A stretch of DNA of 64,000 nt from Amphiscolops sp. MND2022 (lineage: Eukaryota), in assembly GCA_964187785.1 (NCBI GenBank), contig OZ076409.1, positions 22,322,001-22,386,000 of the forward strand, written 5' to 3'. Below, in pieces: positions 1 to 11,114 of this stretch. A program made the position numbers and the translations under genes. Under the pieces are notes generated by a model, which saw only the letters and a list, made by a program, of their open reading frames with translations, ran no database searches and was not told the DNA's origin. Numbering within the stretch: position 1 is the stretch's first letter; the number at the start of each line of letters is the position of its first letter.

Positions 1-34
1 TTCTTGTTGCATTGCGTTTGTTGCAGATTATGCC

Positions 35-3000
35 ATGGGGTTCAATCCTGAGCAGTACTATAGTGTAAATCGAATGCCACAAAGACGTAGTCTGTTGCGA
101 GCGGCCAGCAGAGACTATGAAGTGTACTTCACGGACATTGAAAGTGTGCTGGATCGAATTAAAGAGATTTTCAACCACCTCATCAACAAATTGATATCTG
201 AGATACAGCAAGATCTTCCTGGTCATTCACACAGAATTCGATTGGTATTGAATGCGCCTACCATCAACTATCCTATTCATATCCCATTCTCGTCCGTAGC
301 GGATTTCAACGCCGAACTGATTCTCGATGAAATTGACAGGGTCGTTAATTCCAACGAGTCATTTGATATTAGCAACAATATAAAAGTCAACGTTTTGAAG
401 GTTTCTTTACCAACAATGGGCGGGAACCGGCTTGGAGGCATACAGAGCAGGACTGTTCCCGATATCAAGCTCTTCACGAAACAAAAGAAGTCAATAATTG
501 TAATCAAAAGTGACCAGAACGATTGTCTTTTGCGGGCCATAGCAATTGGCATCAAAGTTAAGGAGCGATCTCCCCGGCCGCCTAGTAAAAGAAAAACGAC
601 AAAAAACTTGCACCTGGATCGGGCTTCCGTGCAAACGCGTGAAATGCAGCATTTGATAGCCCTTCTGAAATCTGATCCAAGCATCCCCCAAGACGAATTG
701 CAGACAATTTTGGCTGGTGGTGCTTCCTCGAAAAGACTTCCCACCTCTGCCTTTGACGACTCCTCTACTGGGTTGCTTCACCATCAGACAGCTCAAACCT
801 CTCCTGCTTCTGGTAAACCTCTTGCTCTACAAGATTTAGAATTTTTATCTCAGTCGCAAGTGTTGAAAGACTTTTGTTTATCTGTTTACGATAGCAACTT
901 GATGGGCACTTTCCTTAAATGTTATAATCAGGAAGCACAGCAGAAAATCGACCTTTTGTATGATGCTCAAAACAGACATGTAGATTTAGTTACCTCAATG
1001 AAAGGACTATTCGATGCTCGCCACTACTGTTACAGTTGTCACAAGGCCTTTTTCACAGTGAAGCATTTATGCTCTGCCAGTGGTTGTTTGCTGTGTCGGC
1101 AGCCTGGCTGTCTCAATAAGACCGGTTTCATCAACCTTTCGCCGCTCAATTGGACTACCTCGTCCAATGACTTGTCAAAGACCCCTCGCCAGTCACCGGT
1201 TTTCCAGTGTGATAGATGCAGGATAAAGGTACGAAGCCAAAAGTGTCTGGATTGCCATGTTACCTCTGGGGTGTGTCATTTGTACACTTTGTGCCCTACA
1301 TGCGACAATACTGTACCTAAGCGAGCTTTCTCCAATCACATTTGCTCAAAAAAACGCTGTTCTACATGCTCCGTCCATTACTCATTGTCAGACCGTAAAA
1401 ACACCTCTTCGCCTTCATCGGAACATCAATGTTTCGTACAAAAACCGAAGAGATGTATAGAGCGAGAAATACCGAATGGTGATACCAATAACGAATTTCC
1501 TGATTGTGAAATATTGGGCGGAGAGAATTATCGTGAAGAAGTTGAGAAAGAAGATCCGATGACGCAAATCAAACGCAGGAAAATGAGCAACGCTCCAGTC
1601 GATGACGATGGTACTGTTACGTCCCGTGACCAGCCAGCAAACAACTTTGCACGAGCTCCCTTGGATGACAAAATTTGGGTTTTTGACATAGAAACTGACC
1701 AGAGTTGTGGCAATGAAGGGCTACATAAACCAATTCTACTGGCAGCAGAGTCTTTGACAGGTGATGAAGTTATTTACTGTGGCTACGATTGTATAAACGA
1801 TTTTTGTGAGGATGTTTTTGCTAGTGTTGAAAGGGTTCGTCAAACTGAATGGTTTATTGCCCATTTTGGCAGTGGGTTCGATTTCCTACCAATCCTGGAA
1901 TGGCTCTACAAACAACACAAATATGTTCCCAAAATTTTGCTCAGAGGTAACAAGGTTGTGTCAATGCGTGTGGGGAATAAACGATTCATTGACTCTTATC
2001 TTTTCATCCCGATACCTTTATCAAAATTTCCTACAACGTTCAATCTCAAGGAATTGAAAAAAGGATACTTTCCTCATTTTTTGACATCTAAAGAGGCCCT
2101 CTATCCCGCCGCTACTTCAAAGCTGCATAGTTTACAAACATGCGAGAAAGGGGAAAACTGCAATCTGCGCAAAATTGTTTCCAACGACTGCAATCACTGT
2201 GTAGCTACACAAAGCAATGTTAGCTGCTTCAATGCAGGAAATGACCAAGAAGAAGAATGCCAAGAGTTTGCTCTCAAAGAAGGCCAATTTCCACCCGCGT
2301 GCCTTTTTGCGTTGAATTCGATGAAAGGACAGCAAACGGTGAGCACGTTTTTGGAATGGCACTCAGCACAGACCCAGCTTTATAAAGTTAATAAGCTCGT
2401 TTACGACTTTCAACAAGAACTCGTGTCGTACTGTCAGTCAGATGTTAAACTACTCAAAGAGGGTTTTTTGAAGTTTAGAACATTAATCAAGAAAGTGTGC
2501 AGCGGAATAGATCCGTTCGAAGTCGCTTGCACAGCAGCATCAGCATGTAATTACATTTATAGACAACTATTCATGCCGAAGGACTCCATCGCAATCCTCC
2601 CTCAGAACGGTTACACGGGCAATGAGTTAACGTCTTTCCCAGCTGCCGTTTCGCTGTCGTGGGTGGAACAAGTTGCAAATGATCGGAAGTCAAACGAGTT
2701 CAGTATTCGTCTGTATAAATCAGGCGGAGGATTGAAGCGAGGCAGAGGTAAGGAGCAGACACTTGGATCATTCAAAGTAGACGGACTTCTTCTGTACAAA
2801 CGAACATCTCAATCAAAGAGTACCGCATGTGGGAGTGTTGTCCAGAAACCACAACTGTCGATAGTTTTGGAGTTTTTTGGATGTTACTTCCACGGGTGTC
2901 CTTCTTGTTATACAGACCGAGATGAGGTTAATAAGAAACGAACTGCTACAACAATGCATGATTTGTACACCACAACAGTTATGGACAGACTGGACTGGAT

Positions 3001-5071
3001 ATCAGCTCAAATCTCGAACGGCACAGTCTTCACAACAACAGATAACTTACGTTTTGTTGTGCATAGTATATTTTTCATTTGGGAATGTGGGTTTAAAAAA
3101 CTGTTGGAACTGTCCATATCTGAAGACGAAGAAGGAATTGATACAACGTGGACGCATTTGACGAGGTCAGTAGCAGCAAGACTCAGCAGCTCCCCCTCGA
3201 GCATTTCCGATGACATCCAGCAGGTCGAACAAAGTCGTGTAATACATCAGACCTTACTGTATCGGCTGAGTAACATCAAACTACTGCAACAGATGTCAAA
3301 TGACAGCATTCGTTACAGTCCGTTACAGCCTCGTGATGCTTTTTTTGGAGGAAGAACAGAAAATTTTGTCATGAAGTGGTCTCGACAACTACAGTCTCAG
3401 ACCTTCAAGTATGTCGATGTTTGTTCGCTGTACCCATATGTGAATTCCAGGTCAGTGTACCCTTCAGGGCATCCTGATTTGATTCTGATTGCTACAGAAC
3501 AGCAACAACAATCGATTGTGCGTAAAGAAAAGGCTCGGAATAACAGCAACTCTGCCAATGAAAAACCGCCTCAAACCAGTTGGTTTGACGAGGATGTGAA
3601 TGTAGCTCAAAGTAAAGCTGTGGAGTTTAAATTTTTGGATCGGGTTGACAGGATTCTTACAATGCCCAGTAACGAACGAGACTCGGGAGGAGATCAATGT
3701 GAAGCTGAACAATCACATTCTCTGCCTCCACCACAGAGGTTCCGAAAGTTCTCGCAACGAACGCTTTTGGAATTCCCCTTAACTTTTGTTGAATTAAAAT
3801 TGAAAAACGAGGATTATTTTGGTCTGATAAAATGCCAAGTACTGCCACCGTCTGATATACATCTACCCATTTTACCATTCAAATTTCAATCGAAACTCTT
3901 TTTTCCGCTATGTCGAAGTTGCGTTGAAGAAAGATCCAGCATGCCTGACAAAAAGAGTGTGGACTTGACATCAAAGAAGTGTGTTCATCGCCAAGTAGAA
4001 GAGAGGAGTTTCTGGGGCACGTTTGCTACCCCAGAAGTTAAGCTTGCTTTGGAAAATGGATACCGAGTGATAGATGTAGCAGAGATTTGGAGTTGGTCGA
4101 GAGCAAAAAGGTCTGTGACATTGTTCAAAGAATATATCGATAACTTTTTGAAAATAAAAATGGAGGCATCTGGTTGGCCAAAAACATGCCGCTGTGAAGA
4201 GAAGATGAATTCTGATTCATCGACAGAAATGATATGCGAGCATAAGAGGCGTTACCTTCAGGAGATGAAGAAGAAAGAAGGCATTTCACTTGACCCTGCG
4301 AGGATAGAGAAAAACGAAGGTCTACGCTTTAATGCTAAAATACTTCTGAACAGCTTCTGAGGTTATCTCGGAATGCGGGATAATATGCCAAAAACGAGGT
4401 ACGTCAACAACTATCGAGAGGTCGTGGACTATTTCACATCGCGAACAAAAAGAGTTACTGATGCGACTCTAGTGGGCGATGATTTGATGCTGCTACAATA
4501 TCAACTCATTGATGACGCGGCAGACGCTCCGCGGAAGACAAATGTGATTCTTGCTGCCTTCACAACTGCACATGCTCGCATAATACTTTTCAACAATATG
4601 CAGCTAGTGAAAAATCCTAAAAATGTACTCTATTGTGATACAGACAGTATCATGTATGTCCACGATCAATCTCTGACCGATTCCCCGGATATCTCAATTG
4701 GGAGTGGACTGGGCGAAATGACCGACGAACTGCCTCCTGATGTCTTGATTGACAAGTTTTGGAGTGCAGGGCCAAAGTTTTATTGCTTGTCTGGTCACAA
4801 CGTTAAAACAGGACTGGAGTATAATATTTTCAAAGTCAAGGGTGTAACGCTGAATAGGGCTACAGAGAAAACATTCAACCCCGATACCTTCAGAAAACTC
4901 GTGCTTGGTGAGACTCATGAATTGCGAAGTCCTTACAGTAGTCTGAGTCGTTGTGTTCGAACAGGCCAACTGAAAAACAAGTTTTGTGAAAAACGCGCCC
5001 GAGTCACAAGTAACAAACGTGTTTTCAACACAAATTCCGACGAATCTACACCGTTTGGTTACGTCGGTTGA
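35..5071 (+). pseudogene. polB: Protein-primed family B DNA polymerase (~1678 codons) with one in-frame TGA at 4358-4360
   Basis: ExoI FDIETD, ExoII AHFGSGFD, ExoIII YCQSDV, RDAFFGGRTE, motif A YVDVCSLYP, motif B KILLNSF*GYLG (ORFs 35..4360 and 4373..5071 in the same frame), motif C YCDTDS, GPKFY, KVKGV. Confidence 0.96.
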
Positions 5072-5274
5072 ACAATAACTTCTCATTTATTTTAGACATA
5101 CATGAATTTTATCAAGTTTGTAAAACATTCGTCCTTGTTGTGTGGCTACTACTTTGCTTTTGAAAATAAAATTTGTGCTTAAATCTCGATTGATCATCTG
5201 GATTAAACATCCTCCTTGGTTAATAATCAAAACTGGCCCAATTAACGAACTGCTGTGTTTCAGACTTTTTGTCA

Positions 5275-6180
5275 ATGGAATTCCGACGTAAATCATCGTC
5301 CTTCTATGCCCATTTCGTTTTTTACCCGAACCCGAACTCTGAAGACAAAGCAGTGAAGCAATGTCTGTACGTACGGGAAAAATTATGTGAGATGTTCGCT
5401 GCTAGAAATGTCGATTATCTAATGGGGGCACATCTTTTCAGTTGTTACAGACAATGCGGTTACAATTTTGATGAAGTGCGATGCATTTGTGATGAGTCAC
5501 CGCAAATACAAAATGGCAGGTTCCCATCTGGACGGTGTTACATTTTGCCGGAGCCAAGGGACGCCTCCACTATCGACAATCATATTCACATTTTAGTCCA
5601 TGTACCAGCAGCAAATACCACAGGGCAACAATGTAAGGTAGGCTACGATGTCTCTGTACAATCAGTCGCAGGAAAGAATCCATCTGCTAAGCGTATAAAA
5701 GTGGAAGAGGCTGCACAAGTTTCTGTTTCTGGAAACAGTGGCAACCTGACCGTCAATGAGAGAAGCGCAGATTTGCCGAGTGCCACCATTTCACCCTCAA
5801 CATTACCTGTTGACACATTTAGAGACACTCTTGACCCAGTTGTTACTACAGAGACCAACATGAATTGGCAACTTGAAGGAGTTGTTCGCCAAATACAAAA
5901 ATTTTTCAGCATCGACTTGAAAAACAAAGAATTTGGTAGCTTTTCAGTGCAACAGAGAAATGTATGGTGTCCTTACTCCTTGTGGACCAGCTTTGTTGTT
6001 GCTGCTGGCGACGGTTTCACCACAATCGTTGGAAATACCTTCAATTACGCAATGAAAATGGAGCGAAAAAGACAATCGGCAGACTATGCAAACAGAGAGC
6101 TTTTTCCGAAGCGAGCCCCCAAAATGAAGGCCCGTGTTCTTTGGGAACTTCATTGTATCTCTATGCAACAGAGTCTGTAG
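5275..6180 (+). CDS. Polinton accessory protein (~301 aa), candidate HUH-endonuclease-like
   Basis: Long ORF with ATG at 5275, AATAAA at 6213; HIHILVH at 5581-5601 and YAMK at 6046-6057. Function is speculative. Confidence 0.55.
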   Translation: MEFRRKSSSFYAHFVFYPNPNSEDKAVKQCLYVREKLCEMFAARNVDYLMGAHLFSCYRQCGYNFDEVRCICDESPQIQNGRFPSGRCYILPEPRDASTIDNHIHILVHVPAANTTGQQCKVGYDVSVQSVAGKNPSAKRIKVEEAAQVSVSGNSGNLTVNERSADLPSATISPSTLPVDTFRDTLDPVVTTETNMNWQLEGVVRQIQKFFSIDLKNKEFGSFSVQQRNVWCPYSLWTSFVVAAGDGFTTIVGNTFNYAMKMERKRQSADYANRELFPKRAPKMKARVLWELHCISMQQSL

Positions 6181-6403
6181 TGGTATTTACGTTGTCTGTA
6201 GTTGTTACTTGTAATAAAATATTCGTCTAATTTTTATTTTTCTTTCAAATCTTTAGCTGGCCCAGCGAGTTTTTTCCCATGTTTTCTTGGAAAAGTCGGC
6301 TATCATTGGATTTATTTTCACAATCTGGTACTCGATTATTTAGTATTGCGTGTTTTTGGAAAAGACCATTTTGCTCAGTTTCAATACATTGGAGCGGTCA
6401 GAC

Positions 6404-7010
6404 ATGTTTGCGCTGACTTTGTCAAAACTTGAATTGTTTTTTGAAATTGCCCGCAAATTCCACAGGCATTGCACAAAAACTAACTATGATATCATGGCTG
6501 ATTATTGCCTCAAAGAGATTGCAGCAAGTTACGAAATCGAATATCGATCACGATGCTATTTGCCGGAAAATTCGCCTACAACTCGACAATTCCGTCCCCC
6601 GACGTTTTTATTTCAATCACATTCTGTTTTTAACTGTAATTATCGTGGAAACGAATTCTTGTACATGTCAAGGAGTTTGTGATCAATGTGCTATCAACAA
6701 AATTTTCAAAATGGGTGATTTGTCGCATTGTGCACCTTGGGGCGGTATAATTGGACCTGGAATGACCGTCAGAACGCATTACGTTTTTTGAACTATATCA
6801 TCAATTTTGAAGTTACACGCTGTTTTCCATGATGCTTATGGCCAGTTGTATCGGACTCGTCAGAAGGGCCCCGGTTACAACTATATGCTACCATTTCAGT
6901 TACTACCAAATGTTTTTTGGCTTGGGCATTTTACAGGTTTTCTCTTCTTCTTCTGGTTAAAAATCAGGTATTCCACTCAATTCAGATACTTTGACGCACT
7001 TCTCAAATAA
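6404..7010 (+). pseudogene. Disrupted accessory gene, C-terminal part phospholipase A2-like
   Basis: ORFs 6429..6791 and 6807..7010 are in frame across TGA 6789-6791: WGGIIGPG...LHAVFHDAYG...KGPGYNY followed by a hydrophobic tail; ORF 6350..6682 may be the frameshifted N-terminus. Confidence 0.5.
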
Positions 7011-7038
7011 TTGCTCCAGCGATTGACATCCAAAAGCC

Positions 7039-7464
7039 ATGTCCGCCTATGTTCCATTATCAGATTCTTTGCGCATTGCATTGCAGTTCTACCAAAACCT
7101 TCCTACACAACCCAACAATTACTCGCATAACCCTCAACAAGTGCTCTATCCCAGAGTGTATCTAGTTAGAGAGCAACCCCGAGGTTTATATGGGCCAGTG
7201 CCATTGGATTCTGTCGGTCGCACGCAGCAAATTGATATGAGCTGGGAAGAGTATTGCAGTTTAGTTCACAGCAAACCTCTTGCAATGAACATTTTGACAT
7301 TTCGTGACTACACGAATGCTCAGAATGACAACACGAGAATTCAACGGGGTATCCCAATGTACAGCCGGCCGTCACAAATTCTCCTCTCTCATTTACAAAG
7401 CGGAATAGCCCCCCAGCAGCCCAGTAACACAATGTCAGTCCAAAACCCTGGCTTTATGTTTTAA
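7039..7464 (+). CDS. Hypothetical Polinton protein (Q/P/N-rich, 141 aa)
   Basis: ATG in good context (aaagccATG), co-oriented with the cluster; no recognisable motif. Confidence 0.45.
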   Translation: MSAYVPLSDSLRIALQFYQNLPTQPNNYSHNPQQVLYPRVYLVREQPRGLYGPVPLDSVGRTQQIDMSWEEYCSLVHSKPLAMNILTFRDYTNAQNDNTRIQRGIPMYSRPSQILLSHLQSGIAPQQPSNTMSVQNPGFMF

Positions 7465-7518
7465 AACAATCATGTTGTTAACAAAACAGCAAATTACGGT
7501 TATTCAGCCCAAAACACT

Positions 7519-8082
7519 TTGGTTAGAGAAAGGCTATACATGACGAGGCACTATGCATCACAGCATACCAACGGATCCAATCATTTTATGAATATTGCCG
7601 GTATCTGGTGTAACAATACTTGCTGTGTGCCCAGAACCTCTATAATTCCGACATTGAGAAGTTACGCCCCGCAGTCGAGCACATCTAGTTTTGATGGGAT
7701 GACGCAACAAGATTTAAATACAATTGACTCCAATCGAACTGCTAGCACGCTCACTAACAATCCTTCAGTCCAACCAAACAACTCCTGCAATTCATCAATT
7801 ATCGCTGGTGGCCGATCTTCAACATCATCAGACTTGCGCTACCTTCCGGCAGCTAATATACGTGCTCCTGTCGAGCAGCAGTCAGAGACGGACAGCGGGC
7901 AAGGTGACAACAATAGCGATGATAACATGGGTGACTATGACTTTGACAGTGAAGTATCTGAAGACGAATTTCAACTTCCTCCTGATTCAATGACATCCAT
8001 TGCTTCGACGATTAACAACTTGTCGGAGCCGGTTGTAACCCCAGTAGCTCCCATTACATCGACAACAAGCGTTTTGACATAG
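7519..8082 (+). CDS. Hypothetical low-complexity S/T/N/acidic protein
   Basis: 187-codon ORF, co-oriented, followed by T-rich 3'UTR-like DNA; may be joined to 7039..7464. Confidence 0.4.
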   Translation: MVRERLYMTRHYASQHTNGSNHFMNIAGIWCNNTCCVPRTSIIPTLRSYAPQSSTSSFDGMTQQDLNTIDSNRTASTLTNNPSVQPNNSCNSSIIAGGRSSTSSDLRYLPAANIRAPVEQQSETDSGQGDNNSDDNMGDYDFDSEVSEDEFQLPPDSMTSIASTINNLSEPVVTPVAPITSTTSVLT

Positions 8083-8513
8083 TGTCCTGTTCATGTTTTT
8101 TTTTGTGTGTTCAGAGTTTGCTAGTATTTTTTCATTGTTTTTGTTCAAACCTTATTCTAACTGTATGTTTTTGTTTGGTTCCTATCAGTTTGTTTTTAAA
8201 TTTTTTCTTCTTTATGTGCACAATAATACTATGGATAATTTTTATACTGTGGATAAAGTGTTTTTTTTTGGCTTCTCACTACTTTGTTTCAGTATTGTTT
8301 TGTCTCAGCTTATACTAACGAAGTCACTGTACAGAGATTCTCGATAATAATGTCTATTTGCTTTTAAGATGCATGGTTGCGATACAATTTGTACACGACG
8401 GAACAGACGAGGACACAAATATAGACGAGATTAGAAAAGAGTGACATCTCGCCTAATGTGAACGAAAAGTTGGTAACAATTCCCCTGGGTCATCAGAATT
8501 AACCTCTTACAAG

Positions 8514-9371
8514 TTGGCGGACCTCCACAGTCAGAGTCAGAGGATCAAAGCTAGCGATCGACAAAATGATGAGTCTTTTTGTGAGTCCATTGGGCAGTCA
8601 CCGCGTTGCTTACCGTTTTCTCAAGCTGTATTTTTGACACAACTTGCTGTCATTTTTATTTTGGACGCATTCTGTCTGTTGAAACTTATCACATCCCAAA
8701 CTGAAGCAAGCACAAAACAGAACCGAGAAATAACTGACAATTCGTGTCACGATACATCGATTTATATGAGCATTCTGAGCTCAACGTTAGCCTATCTTAT
8801 TCCGGCCCCAAGAGTACCTGTGAAAGTCCAAAGTGAGAGAAGACAACGCACTGTAAAGATATCATCCAATGAACACTCAAAAAGAACGGGATTAACAGCG
8901 CAATGTTTTTCATCACCTCAACAACGTCACGATCAACAATCAAATGAAGCAAATTTGGGAAAAAACGAGGTTCCTGCTGTTTCAGCCACTTCGGTAGCGT
9001 TGCCGATTGAACCCGACACGCAGATTGAAGGCGTGGATTACCCTGACTATGATTGTTTGCCAGAATCAAATGCAACACTAAGTCTTTACAACCAGTCAAA
9101 AGACGCAACGAATCTTTCCTGCAGTATAAATTTTGACGTGGAAGAAGACTCTGACATTTGGCTCTGCTTCAATTGGCAAGTAAGCCGAACTTTTTTCATT
9201 TTTTTCTCACAGATTTTTTTCGTCATGGGTCTTGTTTTGTTCTCCGTTAGTAGAATGTTATTGGTATCCTCACTGAATTGTGAAGAACGAACTGCTCATT
9301 TCATGATTCTTTCCACTTGCATTGCCTACTTGTTACCCAATGCTGATAATCTCGACAGATCAAATAAATAA
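8514..9371 (+). CDS. Predicted membrane protein with two copies of a transmembrane hairpin (start uncertain)
   Basis: VFLTQLAVIFILDAFCLLKL...SILSSTLAYLIPAP and IFFSQIFFVMGLVLFSVSRM...MILSTCIAYLLPN; stop lies 4 nt before the ATPase ATG. Confidence 0.6.
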   Translation: MADLHSQSQRIKASDRQNDESFCESIGQSPRCLPFSQAVFLTQLAVIFILDAFCLLKLITSQTEASTKQNREITDNSCHDTSIYMSILSSTLAYLIPAPRVPVKVQSERRQRTVKISSNEHSKRTGLTAQCFSSPQQRHDQQSNEANLGKNEVPAVSATSVALPIEPDTQIEGVDYPDYDCLPESNATLSLYNQSKDATNLSCSINFDVEEDSDIWLCFNWQVSRTFFIFFSQIFFVMGLVLFSVSRMLLVSSLNCEERTAHFMILSTCIAYLLPNADNLDRSNK

Positions 9372-9375
9372 CGAA

Positions 9376-10270
9376 ATGATTAAATTAATTTCCACGGAAA
9401 ATCGCATTTTTATGTGTGTCTGTGGCGCATCAGGCTCTGGTAAAACACACCTTTTACTAAACATGCTGACCAGTCGTTCCGACGGTATATTCTGGCCGAG
9501 GTTCGAAAAAGTTATCCTCTTCTACCGCCATTGGCAAACAATATATGAACAATTTTATCAAGATGTGCCAAGCAAAGTTTTCTTTGAAAACGTGGGGTGA
9601 AACGGAGAACGAAACCGGCCTTGCAAAACTTGGTAATCAGAAACACCAAACCCCAGGTCATAAGACAAGTCATTCAAGAATAGATACCCTGATTTCAAAA
9701 CTCTTGGATCATCAATCCCAGGAAAGCAAATACCATACAACGTTTGGAAATGAAAGAGCACTGGCAATTTTTGATGACTCGTGCGAAGAAATTCTTCAGA
9801 GCGCAACCTTCGCCAATCTTGCAACCGCTGGTCGACATAAAGGGGTCAATGTGATTTTTATCATGCATAACTTGTACCAGCAGGGTAAATATTGTGTCAC
9901 GGTCGACAAAATTACAACACATTTGATAATTCTCAAGTCACCAAGAATAGGTCGGCAGCTCAGGCTACTGGGGTCCGAACTGGAATTTGCTGATGCTGCG
10001 TTTCTTCAAGATGCTTACCAGTTGGCCACATCCGTGCCACATGGACACCTGCTGATTGATCTCAGCACCAACTGTCATGATGCCCTCAGATTTAGCACTC
10101 GTATCTGCAGATCTAGCGACGACATAACTACGCTGATTAAACAAAACAAAAACAAATTACGATCAAAAGTGCATTCAACCACCAACATTACGCGAAAGAA
10201 AGAGAAACCAGACAGTCGGATCCTCATTAATCTCCAAAAAGGTTCTACCGACTGGGTTTTACGTTCCTAA
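9376..10270 (+). pseudogene. FtsK/A32-like DNA packaging ATPase, frameshifted near 9590-9600
   Basis: Walker A GASGSGKT in ORF 9322..9600; Walker B LAIFDD, AGRH and HNLY motifs and HGHLLIDL in ORF 9545..10270 (different frame). Confidence 0.92.
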
Positions 10271-10496
10271 AAGAGTTTTCAACAATTACGCTCGTGTCTA
10301 TAAAGATCACACTGTTGGCACACACAACATTACTGTAAACAGGACCAAAACTATCCAATCATTGCCTTTCCAAAGTTGTCGCCCTCTTCTATTCTTTACC
10401 GGGAATATGCATTATACAGTCCGAATCATCGTTGAGGCTGTGAATTGGGTCACGCCGAATCGAATTATTTTTGGTATTACAATGGGATCAATTTAG

Positions 10497-11114
10497 ATGG
10501 AAGAATTTGTTTTGTTTCCCCTATCTCATTACCTTGAGCTTACTTCATCGGTCAGCGATATGAACAGTACTACAGCAGATACTACTTCACGTTTTACAAC
10601 CCACCAAACACATTATCCAAATGCTCCGAACTCTGAGCCCGATGTAACATTTGAAAAACAATCAAACTCCAGTGAAGAGCCGCCCGCCGCTGAAAAAGAA
10701 TGGCTCAAAGGAATTGTTGAACCTTCACCGGAATCCAAAACAGAGAAGGAATCTGAAAAAGACCTACAAAAGACACAACATGAATTGTCTATCCGCAGAA
10801 AAAGAGTTCAGGGGTTAATAGACCTGATGATATCGACCAGAGGAATAAGATTCAATAAATCCAATGCTACATTCTCTTTCACGAGTAACAATTTGGCTCA
10901 TGAAACGCCAACGAGTAGCATCAAAATTCTACAGTTTCTCCGCGATCTTCAACAGTATCGAAAAAAGGTGCCCCAAGAATACTTTCTTGTTTTGAACATT
11001 TTATTCCCCCCAACAAAGGCAATTTCTTTAAAACGAGCCAATGACCTTGTAATCAATCGCAATTGTCTCAGCTACATCACTAATCAAAACGTTCATACAC
11101 AGCGAATGCAATGA
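10497..11114 (+). CDS. Hypothetical Polinton protein (205 aa) upstream of integrase
   Basis: Intact ORF MEEFVLFP...; its TGA overlaps the integrase ATG (ATGA at 11111-11114). Confidence 0.7.
   Translation: MEEFVLFPLSHYLELTSSVSDMNSTTADTTSRFTTHQTHYPNAPNSEPDVTFEKQSNSSEEPPAAEKEWLKGIVEPSPESKTEKESEKDLQKTQHELSIRRKRVQGLIDLMISTRGIRFNKSNATFSFTSNNLAHETPTSSIKILQFLRDLQQYRKKVPQEYFLVLNILFPPTKAISLKRANDLVINRNCLSYITNQNVHTQRMQ

Noticed and set aside
4358..6791. TGA=Trp recoding in the Polinton (TGA at a Trp position of pPolB and in the PLA2-like gene)
   Set aside because: TGG is used for Trp throughout and pPolB, integrase, mCP and MCP all terminate at TGA; other genes have frameshifts, so decay is simpler.
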